Assembly (NCBI GenBank): GCA_051294375.1
Contig: CM119267.1
Span: 24,048,111-24,112,110, forward strand
Source of the DNA: Paraspadella gotoi
Lineage: Eukaryota > Animalia > Chaetognatha
Length of the DNA: 64,000 nucleotides
Direction of reading: 5' to 3'
Shown here in pieces: positions 11,512 through 23,800 of this stretch (position 1 is its first letter; each line of letters starts with the position of its first letter). The translations under genes and the position numbers were made by a program. The notes beneath the pieces were generated by a model, which was not told the origin of the DNA, ran no database searches, and saw nothing but the letters and a program-made list of their open reading frames with translations.

Positions 11512-12555
11512 TTTTTTTTTTTTTTTTCTGAAAGAAAACAGAGCAAACAAATAATTGCGGGAATGGTTGCAAAATAACTTCTGTCAACAATAAACGAGAA
11601 CAAATAAGGGGAAGATAAAAATGAAAAAGAAGAAGAGATCCGGGAGACAAAGTCAAGCAACTCCGTCCACATGAGACGGCAACTCAATCACGGCTTCGGG
11701 AAGCGAGCAGGTCCCCGTTCTCGCGCTGAAGGCAGACAGAAAGTCTCTCAAAAAAAGTGCTTAGACGTTTTGCCGATATCTAAGCCTGCATTCGTTGCTT
11801 GGAGTTTGGCGAAATCTTTTTAAGTTTGAGAAAGCATCCAGGTCCCATGCCCCGAAGGTAGTAACAACCAGAGGGATGAAGCCAACGTCGGCCGGCAGTT
11901 TGCCTCGTACTTAGCATGTTTGGCCTGGCGAGCTCGTTCCAGGCATAGGTGGGGTTGAGGATGGTATGACCAAACAGTCCTGGCGAAGGGGAGAGGTGAC
12001 AGTAACATCAAAGGCTGTGGTGGTCTTGTTCCGACATCTTTTCCAACCACGGATTGTGAAATCCCCTGGTCTAGAGGCATCATCCGCCAGGTTCCTTTCT
12101 TCTTTGGTGGGCGCAAGTAGGGCTGCTGAAGCAGTCGAGACAATGGCATCCCGAAGGAGGTATGACGGCGAATTTTGTCTCCAGTAGAGGAGCAAGCTGA
12201 AATGGCGTGGTCTCCATAGATGTCGGAAGGTCTGTCACAGGATAAGCAGGGACCAGGAGCTGGAAAGATGGGAAGCCCCAAACGGTATTTGACAGCCATG
12301 ATGAAGATTTGGGAGGTAGGCGCACAGCCAAGGGCAGGAGAAGGGATGACATTGAGGAAGTCTCCAGTTCTGGACAGGCAGACGGATTGGAGGACGGCTC
12401 GAAAACGCTCATCCAGGACCTTTGACTTGAGGTTTTTCAGCCTAGCTTCGTCCACACGTCGGAAAGGTATTTTTGGGTGATTGAGGCATCAAGCTGAGCA
12501 GGTGTGAGAGAGGAGGCTCCGGCGGAAAGGTTGGATAGGAGCTCTAAGGCCTGAG
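11512..12555 (-). mobile_element. 5'-truncated, frameshifted CRE-like non-LTR retrotransposon (zinc knuckle + restriction-like endonuclease, poly(A) tail)
   Basis: ORFs 11820-12455 and 11911-12195 give GDFLNVIPSPALG..YRLGLP..CLSCDRPSDIYGDHAISAC..RRH..E..RPGD..AFDVTVTSP, followed by AKHAKYEANC and ERLSVCLQRENG. A poly(A) run lies at 11512-11528 on the minus strand. Confidence 0.8.
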
Positions 12556-12610
12556 TGTGTGAGTGTGTACAATTGAAACATTCTTTGAAATATTTTCCAC
12601 TTAATGAAGG

Positions 12611-12770
12611 GAAGCCAGGTACTCTGGGAGTGAATAAACGAGACTGTGAGAGAGTCTTGATTGAAAGCTTGCAGGGACCTGCTATGTCATTATCTTGTAA
12701 GAGTGATGGAGGCCTTAAACCACAAAGCCTGTCCAAAGTCAGGGCAAGATAGCTTATCTATTAAATGAAT
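12611..12770 (+). repeat. ~170-bp dispersed repeat family (SINE/MITE-like, unclassified)
   Basis: Shared core GAGTGAATAAA..AGACTGTGAGAGAGTCTTGATTGAAAGCTT..TATCTTGTAAGAGTGATGGAGGCCTTAAACCAC..GCCTGTCCAAAGTCAGGGCAAGATAGC. Copies at about 28650, 28905 (partial), 34030, 34310 (partial), 43982 (minus), 55077 (partial) and 63076. Confidence 0.8.
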
Positions 12771-12994
12771 TTAATATTCTCTGCTTTAAAAGTGCTTAAC
12801 GTTCGCCTCCTACGCCAATGACCGGTAGGTGGTTCCTTAAGCTAAAGCAAAAGCAAAATTTTGCGTCATGAAAACGATTTTTCTTGGGCCATAAAGAAAA
12901 AAAGGTGGTCTCTGAATCGGAGCGGGTGCATGGTAATAAAAGATAATGAATCAATTAAAAAAAACGCATTAAACTTAGAAAAATAAATGAGAGG

Positions 12995-13037
<43 letters not shown>

Positions 13038-13795
13038 AGAGAGCGAGAGAAAAATGAAAAAGAGTTAGGGATAAAGTTTTCCTAACTCTATCGTTCGATG
13101 TTCATTTGTATCTCCCTACGACGTCCGCCGTATTCGCTACTCGTAGCGACACAACGAAACGTTTTTAGGTGAATGACATGGAAAAAAGCAAATAGTTTTT
13201 ATGTCTCATCCCGTTAATGAAGAAAACATTTAAATATACAATTATACATGGGCTTCTAGAGAACTATTGAGTCTCTCTATATTGACCAAAAAAAAACACT
13301 AATATTATTCAAAAAATCATAAAAACAGGTTGGCTAAAACGAGTCCACGTTCATAACGAGTTTAATATCAAATTTTCATCTTAGGTTTCATGTTGAAATC
13401 TCTGTCCACTTACTTAAATGTTAGTTTATTTTACAATCGATCATTAACATGAACTTGAGTCTTGAGGGGATTTCATTCGCTAAGGTCTTCCATTTTTTCG
13501 CGGCCTGTGCATCCGTGTTCCGCACGGCCTTATCTAAACGTCACAAATTTAATCACACAGATATTAACTGCCATATTTTATCGAATAACCGAATAAACTC
13601 GGCATCGTTATCGGGATAAAAGCGTTTTGCCCCGCACCACCCCAAAAAAAAACCAGAACCAGACAAAGCAAACCCGCATTTGTCCCTTCCACAAAAAAAA
13701 AAAGAAAAGAAAAATCTGGCATCGAGTAAATAAAACACCAAAACCGAAATCAGTTTTTTTTTCTCTCCCATTTTCACTTTAAATTCATCAAAAAA

Positions 13796-14644
13796 ATGAA
13801 AGGAAATAGCGTTTTCCTTTTGTTTCTTGTTGTTTTTGTCATCAACGTCGAATCGCTAGCGCCGCCGCCACCGGAATTCGGTCCGCCCTGTTACTGTTAC
13901 CTGGGAGAAGATGGTAAACGGCGTTTTGTTAAGTTATTTCATGTTTTATTACGTGAAGTTCATTTTTGACATGTTTCTCATGGTCTAGATTTCAGAGAGG
14001 GGAATTTTCGTGCCGCGTCTCTATCTATCTATTTATCTATCTATCTAATCTATTCTATATATATATGTATCTATCTATCTCGCATAGCAACAGTGGAATC
14101 AAATTTAAAATAAAGATAATGGTCCCAAAGAAAAAGAGCTTGTGAATTGGAATGATAAAGAAGCTGGTACATTTAGTAAGCCAACTTAATAATAGTAATA
14201 TTGATCTATAAAATCAAAAATACTTATCTTAGAAATAGTAGCTTTTCAAGGCAGTTAATTCAACGAGCCAAAATCTATCAATTTCTCTTTCTCTCACCCC
14301 CCCACACAATTCTCGCAGCCGACTCCAGCGATCCCGAATGCTCCTGCGATGAAATCAGCTCCACCTTCGAAACCGCCCGCTGCTCCTGCGACGGACGTCC
14401 GCTCCACTGGCGCGGCCGCCCCGACCTGACGACGTGCAACTGCAAAATCACTCGGCCCTTCGTGCTGCCGCCATGCCCGCCGACCGCAGCACGGCCGCCC
14501 GATGTCGCAACTGGCCGAGGGTCGCAGCCACAAATGGCCGGTCCGCCGGGATACGACGGCTGGCAGCCCTACCCATGCCGAAGCGGTCCGCCGAGGCTGC
14601 CTGGGCCGCCTGCGATACCTGCTTCGGGCTGCCATTGCGACTGA
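13796..14644 (+). CDS. Small secreted Cys(CxC)/Pro-rich protein, two exons
   Basis: Exon 13796-13913 (MKGNSVFLLFLVVFVINVESLAPPPPEFGPPCYCYLGED, signal peptide, phase-1 GT) joins exon 14319-14644 (ADSSDPECSCDE..RCSCDG..TCNCK..GCHCD*). The 3' end abuts an N gap and may be noisy. Confidence 0.6.
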
Positions 14645-16339
14645 AGGAAGGAGGATGGGGNNNNNNNNNNNNNNNNNNNNNNNNNGATGGGGGGGATATG
14701 CTGGAAACTAGGGCCGAGGGGCTAAGGGCTAAAGGCTCCAGTGGCTTGGAATTCTATCTCGCTAAGGAGCGTAATAACGGAAAAAACTTGTTTCTCCAAA
14801 AGGAGAGTGAAAAGTAAAAGGCTTAGATTGGATGTGAAAAGGGAAGAAAATGGAAAGTAAGGTAAAATAAGGAAAAAAGGATTAGGTAAGGCTGAGGGTG
14901 AGTAACATACGGAGAGGATTCGGGAAAAAAAGAGAAAGATTAAACAATGAATGTCGTGTTAAGAGTGATCTTAATTAGAGGTGCCGAACCAATTCAAAAT
15001 TTTAATGGAACAGCATTAAACTAAAATCCATATGGTAATTAATTATTGGTGTATCCAGATTATTTTTTTACAAAAATGTTCCGAAGCCATAGGAAGTAAT
15101 CGCTAATTATATTATTTTTATTGCTATATAATGTCAAAAAATTTTTTTTGGATATTTTAAGTTTTTTTAATTGATTCTGGGAATAGAGCTAAAAAAGTTA
15201 GGAGCAAAAAATATATTACAAGAAAAACTTTTTTTAAAATTTTGAATTTTTATTACTAAAAATTAGTAAAAACTGCTAAATCATGATGATATGATTGAAT
15301 GATGATTTTTTTAGGTTTTCTCCATTTAACCCACTTATATCAAATATTGAAAAAAAATTATACTTTGTGTAGATTAACTTTTCAATAAGCTATTTGATCT
15401 GCTTTAAAAATAAAATTCAAAAAAAAATTTTTGACATTTCCTATCTATAATAAATTAAAAAATTAATTACTAATGCTTCTTTTGCCAATTTTATAAAATT
15501 TTGCTCCATTGAAAAGTTTTTCTCAGAAATGTATGAAAGTTTCATTTGGAAAGGTTCCACAAATCAACTTCTGAACCCACCCCCATGAACCGAAGTTTGG
15601 CTCTACTTTAATAAAACCTAAAATCAAATTTTGGCAATTTTCTTCAATTTTTTATGTGGCAAAAGCCAAAAGTCTAAAAAAATAGCTTAATGAATTTTCA
15701 TATAACCCGAGGAAAATTTTATGGACAGAAGAAAAAATTAATTGTTTTAAAGGAAACAGTGTACTTCTGGTATCGTTGAAATGTTTTTTTTTTTTTTATT
15801 GTGATTTCAATAAGTTGATAAATTGTATTGAAATTAATTAGTTCGCTGTCGTTAATATTTAGTTCTTCAAAAATCTGGTTTCCCTCAAACTAAAAGAGAA
15901 ACAGGATTTGAATTAAATTTTTTAACCCAAAAACGAGATTTCCATCATCTTGATCTCCTGGTCTACAGTACATACAAGTAATTTTGAAATTTTCATATAA
16001 GTATATCATATTAATTGACAATTGCAAGATTACTTGTTTTTACTAAATAGACTTTTAAAAAATTTTAATATTAAAATAATATGTAAGAATTTTATTAAAT
16101 TTCATTAAATATTAAATTTTAATTATATTCTTTAATATAGAGTATAATTCTTAATATAATGTTATGGGAGAGGGATGTTAATTGTTGCTTCCTGGAAATA
16201 GAGGGGAGCATCTATACAACAACAGTTATTTAGTTTATTTACGTTATTGGTCAAAAAGATTTGATGTCGTTTTAGAACAGATTTAAAATCTTGTTTTTAA
16301 TCATATAATCATTATATTAAAAACGTTTATTTTACACGT

Positions 16340-16700
16340 TATCATTTTAACGGGTTTTAGGGGCCGTAATTTCGGGAAACTTGAATAGCCATCACAGTAG
16401 GGAGACAAATTAAATAATACGATTGGCGGGCTAGGGACCATTACCTGAGATGGATTTTTCTTGGGGCCACCAAATTTTGGACGACCGACGACAGAATTTT
16501 TAACTGACTGACTATGACCGACCCACGGTGCCAGATGATGCCGTGTCTAAAAAGTTGTGCGCAATTGGGCCCAACTGTCGACGACGATGGACGGTTGACG
16601 TCTTTGTTTATGAAGAGCAAATTTCGTCTGCTTGAGGTTTTCCGCCGAAAATGGTGCGACCTTTTGCGTGCGAAGACCATGAGTGCATGAGGGAAATACT
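16340..16700 (+). CDS. Possible terminal exon with a C-type lectin-like pattern (frameshifted; duplicate at about 20070-20440)
   Basis: The consensus of the two noisy copies gives LAIGGYG..DFW..QNFTD..PDDAVSKSCAQL..GATFACED, followed by a stop and AATAAA. It needs several indel corrections. Confidence 0.3.
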
Positions 16701-17249
16701 TGAGGCTTGCGAGATAAGTAATGAATAATAATAAAATAAAGATTTATAAATAATATATATTTTTTTTTTCCTGCAAAGAATGACATGTCGTTCTTTAAGC
16801 AAAAAAAATCTCTTCGACAATTGGCAAAAAAATCTTATCTTCTATTGATACCACCTATTGTCATCTTATTCTCTCTCCTCCTCCGCCTCCTCTCTTCTTC
16901 TTCTTCCTCCTCCTCACGCCTCCTTCACTTCTCTTTCCTCGCTCCTCCTCCTCCTTCCTCCCTCCTCTCTCTCTCATTTTTCGCCTGGTTTACGATTGCG
17001 TAGTTTAAATGTCTTCATTTGGATAGAATTATTTTTCGTAATAACTGTAGTAATTTAAAATAATGAAGAGAGAAAGAGAAAGTGAGGCGAAGACAGAGAG
17101 AGAGGGAGAGAGAGCGAGAGAGAGAGAGAGAAGGAGAGAAGAGAGAGCAGAGAGAGGAGGAGAGAGAAAAGAAATAGAGAGTGAGCGGATGAGAGAGAGC
17201 GAGAGCGAAAAAGAGTAAGGGCGGCGGCGAGAGAGAGAATCCGTTTTTA

Positions 17250-17753
17250 AAATTTCAATCGTCTTTTATTTTCAGTTCTTCGCTCCGTAATTAGCTAGTA
17301 GTGAAGTCACGCGGATTGACATTTCAAGGCATCGGACGTTTAGCTGGAATTGCCTACTAGCGCAATTGGACTCCACCTGTCCCTCTCCCCCCAAAAAAAC
17401 ACTGGGCATTTTCAGCATTGGCTCAATATCAACTTGACCCGAAACGAAAGGAACAGTGTGGGCTTACAAGATTAGAGATATATTTTATTCAACTCACAAT
17501 TTTTTTTTTCAGTGAAAAATCACGCTTTTTGCCGCACGATAAATCTGGAGCGGGCCGACACTGAGCCGACCGCCGCTTGTCGTCTCGGCGGCCGACAAGC
17601 GCACGCCTCTCCGTCAAAAGACCTGAGGCTAAGGCCTTTGCCATCGTGAACTTTCCTTATCTTCTGCTCGATCAACCATAACTGAACAATTCCTTCTCTC
17701 TCTCTCTTTTTTTTTTTTTCTCCTTTTTTTTTTTTTTTTTTTTTTTTTTTCTC

Positions 17754-17831
<78 letters not shown>

Positions 17832-18332
17832 CCTCCCTTCCCCCCAACCCTTCACCATGGCGATGATGACGACCTGGTGGGGAGCTCCTTCTCACCGCGC
17901 TCGCCGTCTTCTCCTTCTCTTCGCCTTCGGAGTCAAAATCGGCATCATCGCGCTTTCGGACGCGGCTGCAGCGCCGCGCCTGCCGGCGGCCGCTGCGCCG
18001 CCTACTGCTGCTGCTGCGAGGCGATGGGCGGGTCTCCCTTGGCTCTTCGAAGCCGGAAAGAGGGCGCCGTGTCGCCGGAAAATGGCGACGACGCCGGGAT
18101 GGAAAGGCGTCGTGGAACCGGGAGTTTGTATTCGGCCGGAAGCGGAAGTGAGCGTGGCGGAAACGGGGGAGAATGGGGTTGTGAGTTGTGTTTTGGGTGG
18201 TGTGGGTGGGATAGAGGTGGGGAATGTATTAAAGAGAGTCACAACAAAAACAATAAAAACAATTGTGAATCGTGATCGTGAAAGAAAACGAATAGAAATT
18301 TTAGAGTTTTGGTCTTTAATACGAGAGGAGAG

Positions 18333-18377
<45 letters not shown>

Positions 18378-18813
18378 GAGAGAGAGAGAAGAGAGAGAAA
18401 GAAGAGAGAGAGATAGAAATAGAAAGAGCTGTTGTTTGGTGTTCGAATCGATTCGGACGGAAGAGGCCTTCTGAATCTCAAATTATTTTCGGTAAAATTA
18501 TAATTCATCGTTCGATCCACCCTAATAATTAATCGAATTGAATCCACCTACGTAGACGGGACCAAGAGTCTACTCCGATTTACCCACTTACGAGGAGCGG
18601 CGGGTGGCGGCGGCGGCGGTGGCTGCGGCGGGCGGGGCCGACGAACAACGAGGCGGGTTTACTGCGTCAGCGGCGGCGGCGGCGAACGGCGCCACCGCCA
18701 GTAGAAAATTACATTACCGCCTACGGAATGGCGACGTTCGCCGTCGCCGGAAGAGGCGGTGGCGGGCGCTGGAGGTGGCGGGGGTGGCGGTGGAGGCGTC
18801 GGGGGCGCTAATC
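17250..18813 (-). CDS. 3' exons of an unidentified Pro/Ala/Arg-Ser-rich gene (duplicate at about 20950-22170)
   Basis: GC-rich blocks, most bounded by AG/GT: about 18813-18592 (LAPPTPPPPPPPPPAP), 18170-17856, 17662-17524 and a last exon VNALEAIPLNVDALKCQSGDFTTANYGAKNWKIKDDEI* (clean in copy 2). Confidence 0.4.
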
Positions 18814-20861
18814 TTGGAGGGGCGGGATAGGATTACGAAAAGAGCGAATACCATCGCTTACTTTATTTTATTTAATGTTTAATTTTTTTGAATTTCAAAA
18901 GTGACGTGTTATTTATAAAACGATTTTTACAATAAGTTATAACTTCTGCGTTTTTAAAAATACAGATAATTTTGATTGCATTCTTGTCTTTGTGCAAAAC
19001 CTCTGCCACGCCAATTGCTTTATCGTTTACCTATTTAATTAACGTTTTTAAATTTCGTGGAATGGAAAAAATGCTCCGAAGTGGAAAGTCCTGACTAAAT
19101 AGCGACTATTACATACATGTAAGGTTGCCCAATGCGCAGTTGTCTACAATGCGATACAATTGCTTAATTGAATAATAATTAATAATACAAATCGGTTGGT
19201 TATGCTCGTTTATTCTATACAAAGAGATAAAAGTCTTCGTGAATTAATCAACAGCAAATATCAATGTAATATAAATAAAAAACACATGAAAAAGATAACA
19301 AAGAAATGTTCAATAAAACCAATGAGCCATGAGTTAATACTATATTTAGATAAGGCATCACCGAGTATTCTACAAGTTTTTTTCAAATAATTCAGTCCGG
19401 GTTCAGTTTTCATGGGTTTTTTTAAAATCCAAATTTAGAGCAAAAAAGGGAAAAAAAATATTATATATTAAAAAAATATATTCCATTCTCAAATTAAAAA
19501 AAAAAATAAATGGATCACACTATATTTTATCAACCGTTTTTAAAAAATTCGCTCTTTGCAGAAAAAGATATTATTCGATAAAGCCTATCTATTAAATTTT
19601 AATTTAATTTTAATTATAATTTAATTTTAACTTAAATCTCAGCGAAATACGAGAAGATTAGATCAAAAAGAGTTGAATGTAGAATTAAATGACATATTAA
19701 AAAAACTAATTAGTTTAAAAAAAGAATAATAAAAGGACAGGCCAAAAATTAAGATAGGGTTTTTTTTTTGTGTGTGGTGTTGTTTTACTAAATTAGACTT
19801 TAAATTTTATATTAAAATTAAAATTTAAAGTAAATTTAAGAATTTAATAAATTTCACTATATATTAAATTTAATTATATTCTTTATATAGAGTATATTCT
19901 TTTATAATGTTATGGGGAGAGGGATGTTAGTGTTGGCTCCTGGAAATAGAGGGAGCATCTATACAACACAAAGTTATTTAGTTAGTTAGTAAAAAGATTT
20001 TATGTCGTTTTAGAGATTTAAAAATCTTGTTTATAATCATATATTCATGTATAAACGTTTATTTTACACAGTTATCATTTAACGGTTTAGCCGTAATTCG
20101 ACTTGAATAGCCACAGTAGGGAGACAATTAATAATACGTTCATAAATTAGCCGTCCATTAGCTTCGTATCCCTTGGCGATTGGCGGCTACGGGACCATAC
20201 CTGAGATGGATTTTTGGGCAAAACCAATTTTGACGCCGACCGACAGAATTTTACTGACTGACTGACTGACCGACCCACCGTGCCAGATGATGCCGTGTCT
20301 AAAAGTTGTGCGCAATTGCATGTCGACGACGACGGTTGACCTTTTGTTTATGAAGAGCAAATTTCGTCTGCTTGAGGTTTCGCCGAAAATGGTGCGACTT
20401 TGCGTGCGAAGACTATGAAGTGCATGAGGGAAAATAACCTTGAGGCTTGCGAGATAAGTAATGAATAATAATAAAATAAGATTTATAATAATAATATATT
20501 TTTTTTTCTCAAAGAATGACCATGTCGTTCTTTAGCAAAAAATCTCTTCGACAATTTGCAAAAAAAATCTTATCTTCTATTGATCCACCCTATTGTCATC
20601 TTATCTCTCTCCTCCTCCGCCTCCTCCTTCTCTTCCTCCTCCTCCTCNNNNNNNNNNNNNNNNNNNNNNNNNNNNNNNNNNNNNNNNNNNNNNNNNNNNN
20701 NNNNNNNNNNNNNNNNNNNNNNNNNNNNNNNNNNNNNNNNNNNNNNNNNNNNNNNNNNNNNNNNNNNNNNNNNNNNNNNNNNNNNNNNNNNNNNNNNNNN
20801 NNNNNNNNNNNNNNNNNNNNNNNNNNNNNNNNNNNNNNNNNNNNNNNNNNNNNNNNNNNNN

Positions 20862-20892
<31 letters not shown>

Positions 20893-23800
20893 AATAGAGA
20901 GTGAGCGAGAGAGAGAGCGAGAGCGAAAGCGAGAGAGAGAATCCCGTTTTTAAATTTCATCGTCTTTTATTTTCCAGTTCTTCGCTCCGTAATTCGCAGT
21001 AGTGAAGTCACCGGATTGACATTTCAAGGCATCGACGTTTAGTGGAATTGCCTCTAGCGCATTGACCCCNNNNNNNNNNNNNNNNNNNNNNNNNNNNNNN
21101 NNNNNNNNNNNNNNNNNNNNNNNNNNNNNNNNNNNNNNNNNNNNNNNNNNNNNNNNNNNNNNNNNNNNNNNNNNNNNNNNNNNNNNNNNNNNNNNNNNNN
21201 NNNNNNNNNNNNNNNNNNNNNNNNNNNNNNNNNNNNNNNNNNNNNNNNNNNNNNNNNNNNNNNNNATAAATCTGGAGCGGCCGACATGAGCCGACGCGGC
21301 TCGTCTCGGCGGCCGACAAGGCACGCCTCTCCGTCAAAGACCTGAGGCTCAGGCCTTTGCCATCGTGAACTTTCCTTAGTCTTCTGCTGCGATTCAANNN
21401 NNNNNNNNNNNNNNNNNNNNNNNNNNNNNNNNNNNNNNNNNNNNNNNNNNNNNNNNNNNNNNNNNNNNNNNNNNNNNNNNNNNNNNNNNNNNNNNNNNNN
21501 NNNNNNNNNNNNNNNNNNNNNNNNNNNNNNNNNNNNNNNNNNNNNNNNNNNNNNNNNNNNNNNNNNNNNNNNNNNNNNNNNNNNNNNNNNNNNNNNNNNN
21601 NNNNNNNNNNNNNNNNNNNNNNNNNNNNNNNNNNNNNNNNNNNNNNNNNNNNNNNNNNNNNNNNNNNNNNNNNNNNNNNNNNNNNNNGCTGCGGCGGCCG
21701 CTGCGCCGCCTACTGCTGCTGCTGCGAGGCGATGGAGCGGGGTCTCCCTTGGCTCTTCGAAGCCGGAAAGAGGGGCGCCGTGTCGCCGNNNNNNNNNNNN
21801 NNNNNNNNNNNNNNNNNNNNNNNNNNNNNNNNNNNNNNNNNNNNNNNNNNNNNNNNNNNNNNNNNNNNNNNNNNNNNNNNNNNNNNNNNNNNNNNNNNNN
21901 NNNNNNNNNNNNNNNNNNNNNNNNNNNNNNNNNNNNNNNNNNNNNNNNNNNNNNNNNNNNNNNNNNNGAAAGAGCTGTTGTTTGGTTCGAATCGATTCGG
22001 ACGGAAGAGGCCTTCTGAAATCTCAAATTATTTTCCGGTAAAATTATAATTCCACTCGTTCGATCCACCCTAATAATTAATCGAATTGAATCCACCCTAA
22101 CGTAGACGGGACCAAGAGTCTACTCCGATTTACCCACTTACGAGGAGGCGGCGGGTGGCGGCGGCGGCGACATCCGATCTCGCCCCCTCCCAAGGATTAA
22201 TGCGCCCCCGCCACCTCACGCCGCCTCCACCGCCGCCCCCGCCACCCCCACCCGCCCCACCGCCCCCCGCCTCTTCCGGCGACGCGCAACGTCGCCCATT
22301 TCCGTAGGCGGTAATTAATTTCCTCCTGGCGGTGGCGCCGTCGCCGCCGCGCCGCTGACGCAGTAATACCCGCCTTCGTTGTCGTCGGCCCCGCCGCCGC
22401 AGCCATCCGCCGCCAACGCCGCGCGCCGCCACGCGCCGCCGCTCCCACACGCGTCCTCTCGTAACGTATAACTAAGACCGTCTCCACGTATAGGGTAGGA
22501 TTATTCAATTATATAATTATATAGAGTGGATCAACGAGTGGAATTATTAATTTGACCAAAATAATTGAATTTCAGAAGGCCCTCATCCGTCCGAATCGAT
22601 TCGAACAAAACAACAGCTCGTTTCTCTTTTCTATTCTCTCTCTCTCTCTCCTCATCTCTCTCTCCTCTCCTCTCTCTCTCCTCTCTCTCTCGCTCCTCTC
22701 TTTCTCTCTCTCTCTAAGACCAAAATCTCATAAATCTTCTTTTTTCACGAATCTACTACATCATATGTTTTTATTGTAATCTCTCTCTTTTTTTTTTNNN
22801 NNNNNNNNNNNNNNNNNNNNNNGGATAGGATGACGAAAGAGCGAATACCATCGCTACCTTTATTTTTATTTAATGTTTAATTTTTTTTGAATTTCAAAGT
22901 GACGTGTTATTTATAAAACGATTTTTACAATAAGTTATAACTTCTGCGTTTTAAAAATACAATAATTTGATTGCATTTCTTGTCTTTGTGCAAAACCTCT
23001 GCCACGCCAATTGCTTTATCGTTTACCTATTTAATTACGTTTTTAAATTTCGTGGAATGGAAAAATGCTCCGACGTGGAAAAGTCCTGACTAAATAGCGA
23101 CTATTACATACATGTAAGGTTGCCCAATGCGCAGTTGTCTACAATGCGATACAATGCTAATTGAATAATAATTAATAAATACAAATCGTTGGTTATGCTC
23201 GTTTATTCTATACAAAGAGATAAAAGTCTTCGTGAATTCAATCAACAGCAAATATGAATGTAATATAAATTAAAACACATGAAAAAGATAACAAAGAAAT
23301 GTTCAATAAAACCAATGAGCCATGAGGTTAATACTATATTTTAGATTAAGGCATCACCGAGTATTCTACAAGTTTTTTCAAATAATTCAGTCCGGGTTCA
23401 GTTTTCATGGGTTTTTTAAAATCCAAAATTTAGAGCAAAAAAGGTTAAAAAAAATATTATATATTAAAAAAAATATTATTCCATTCTCAAATTAAAAAAA
23501 AAATAAATGGATCACACTATATTTTTATCAACCGTTTTTAAAAAATTCGCTCTTTGCAGAAAAAGAATATTATTCGATAAAGCCTACTATTAAATTTTAA
23601 TTTAATTTTAATATAATTTAATTTTAACTTAAATTCTCAGCGAAATACGAGAAGATTAGATCAAAAAGAGTTGAATGTAGAATTAAATGCACATATTTAA
23701 AAAAACTAATTAGTTTAAAAAAAGAATAATAAAAGGACAGGGCCAAAAATTAAGGATAGGGTTTTTTTTTGTGTGTGGTGGAGAGAGGGTAAGAGTTTGA

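Larger units (their letters stand above)
16050..23780. repeat. Tandem ~3.7-kb duplication (about 16050-19780 and 19790-23780); second copy gapped, with a local inverted segment
   Basis: Collinear near-identity, e.g. 18830-19780 vs 22823-23780, with mostly 1-nt indels. 22172-22720 is a noisy reverse complement of about 18330-18830. Confidence 0.85.

Noticed and set aside
22172-22720. Inverted copy suggesting a real fold-back element
   Set aside because: Very noisy and flanked by N gaps, so best explained as a misoriented read.
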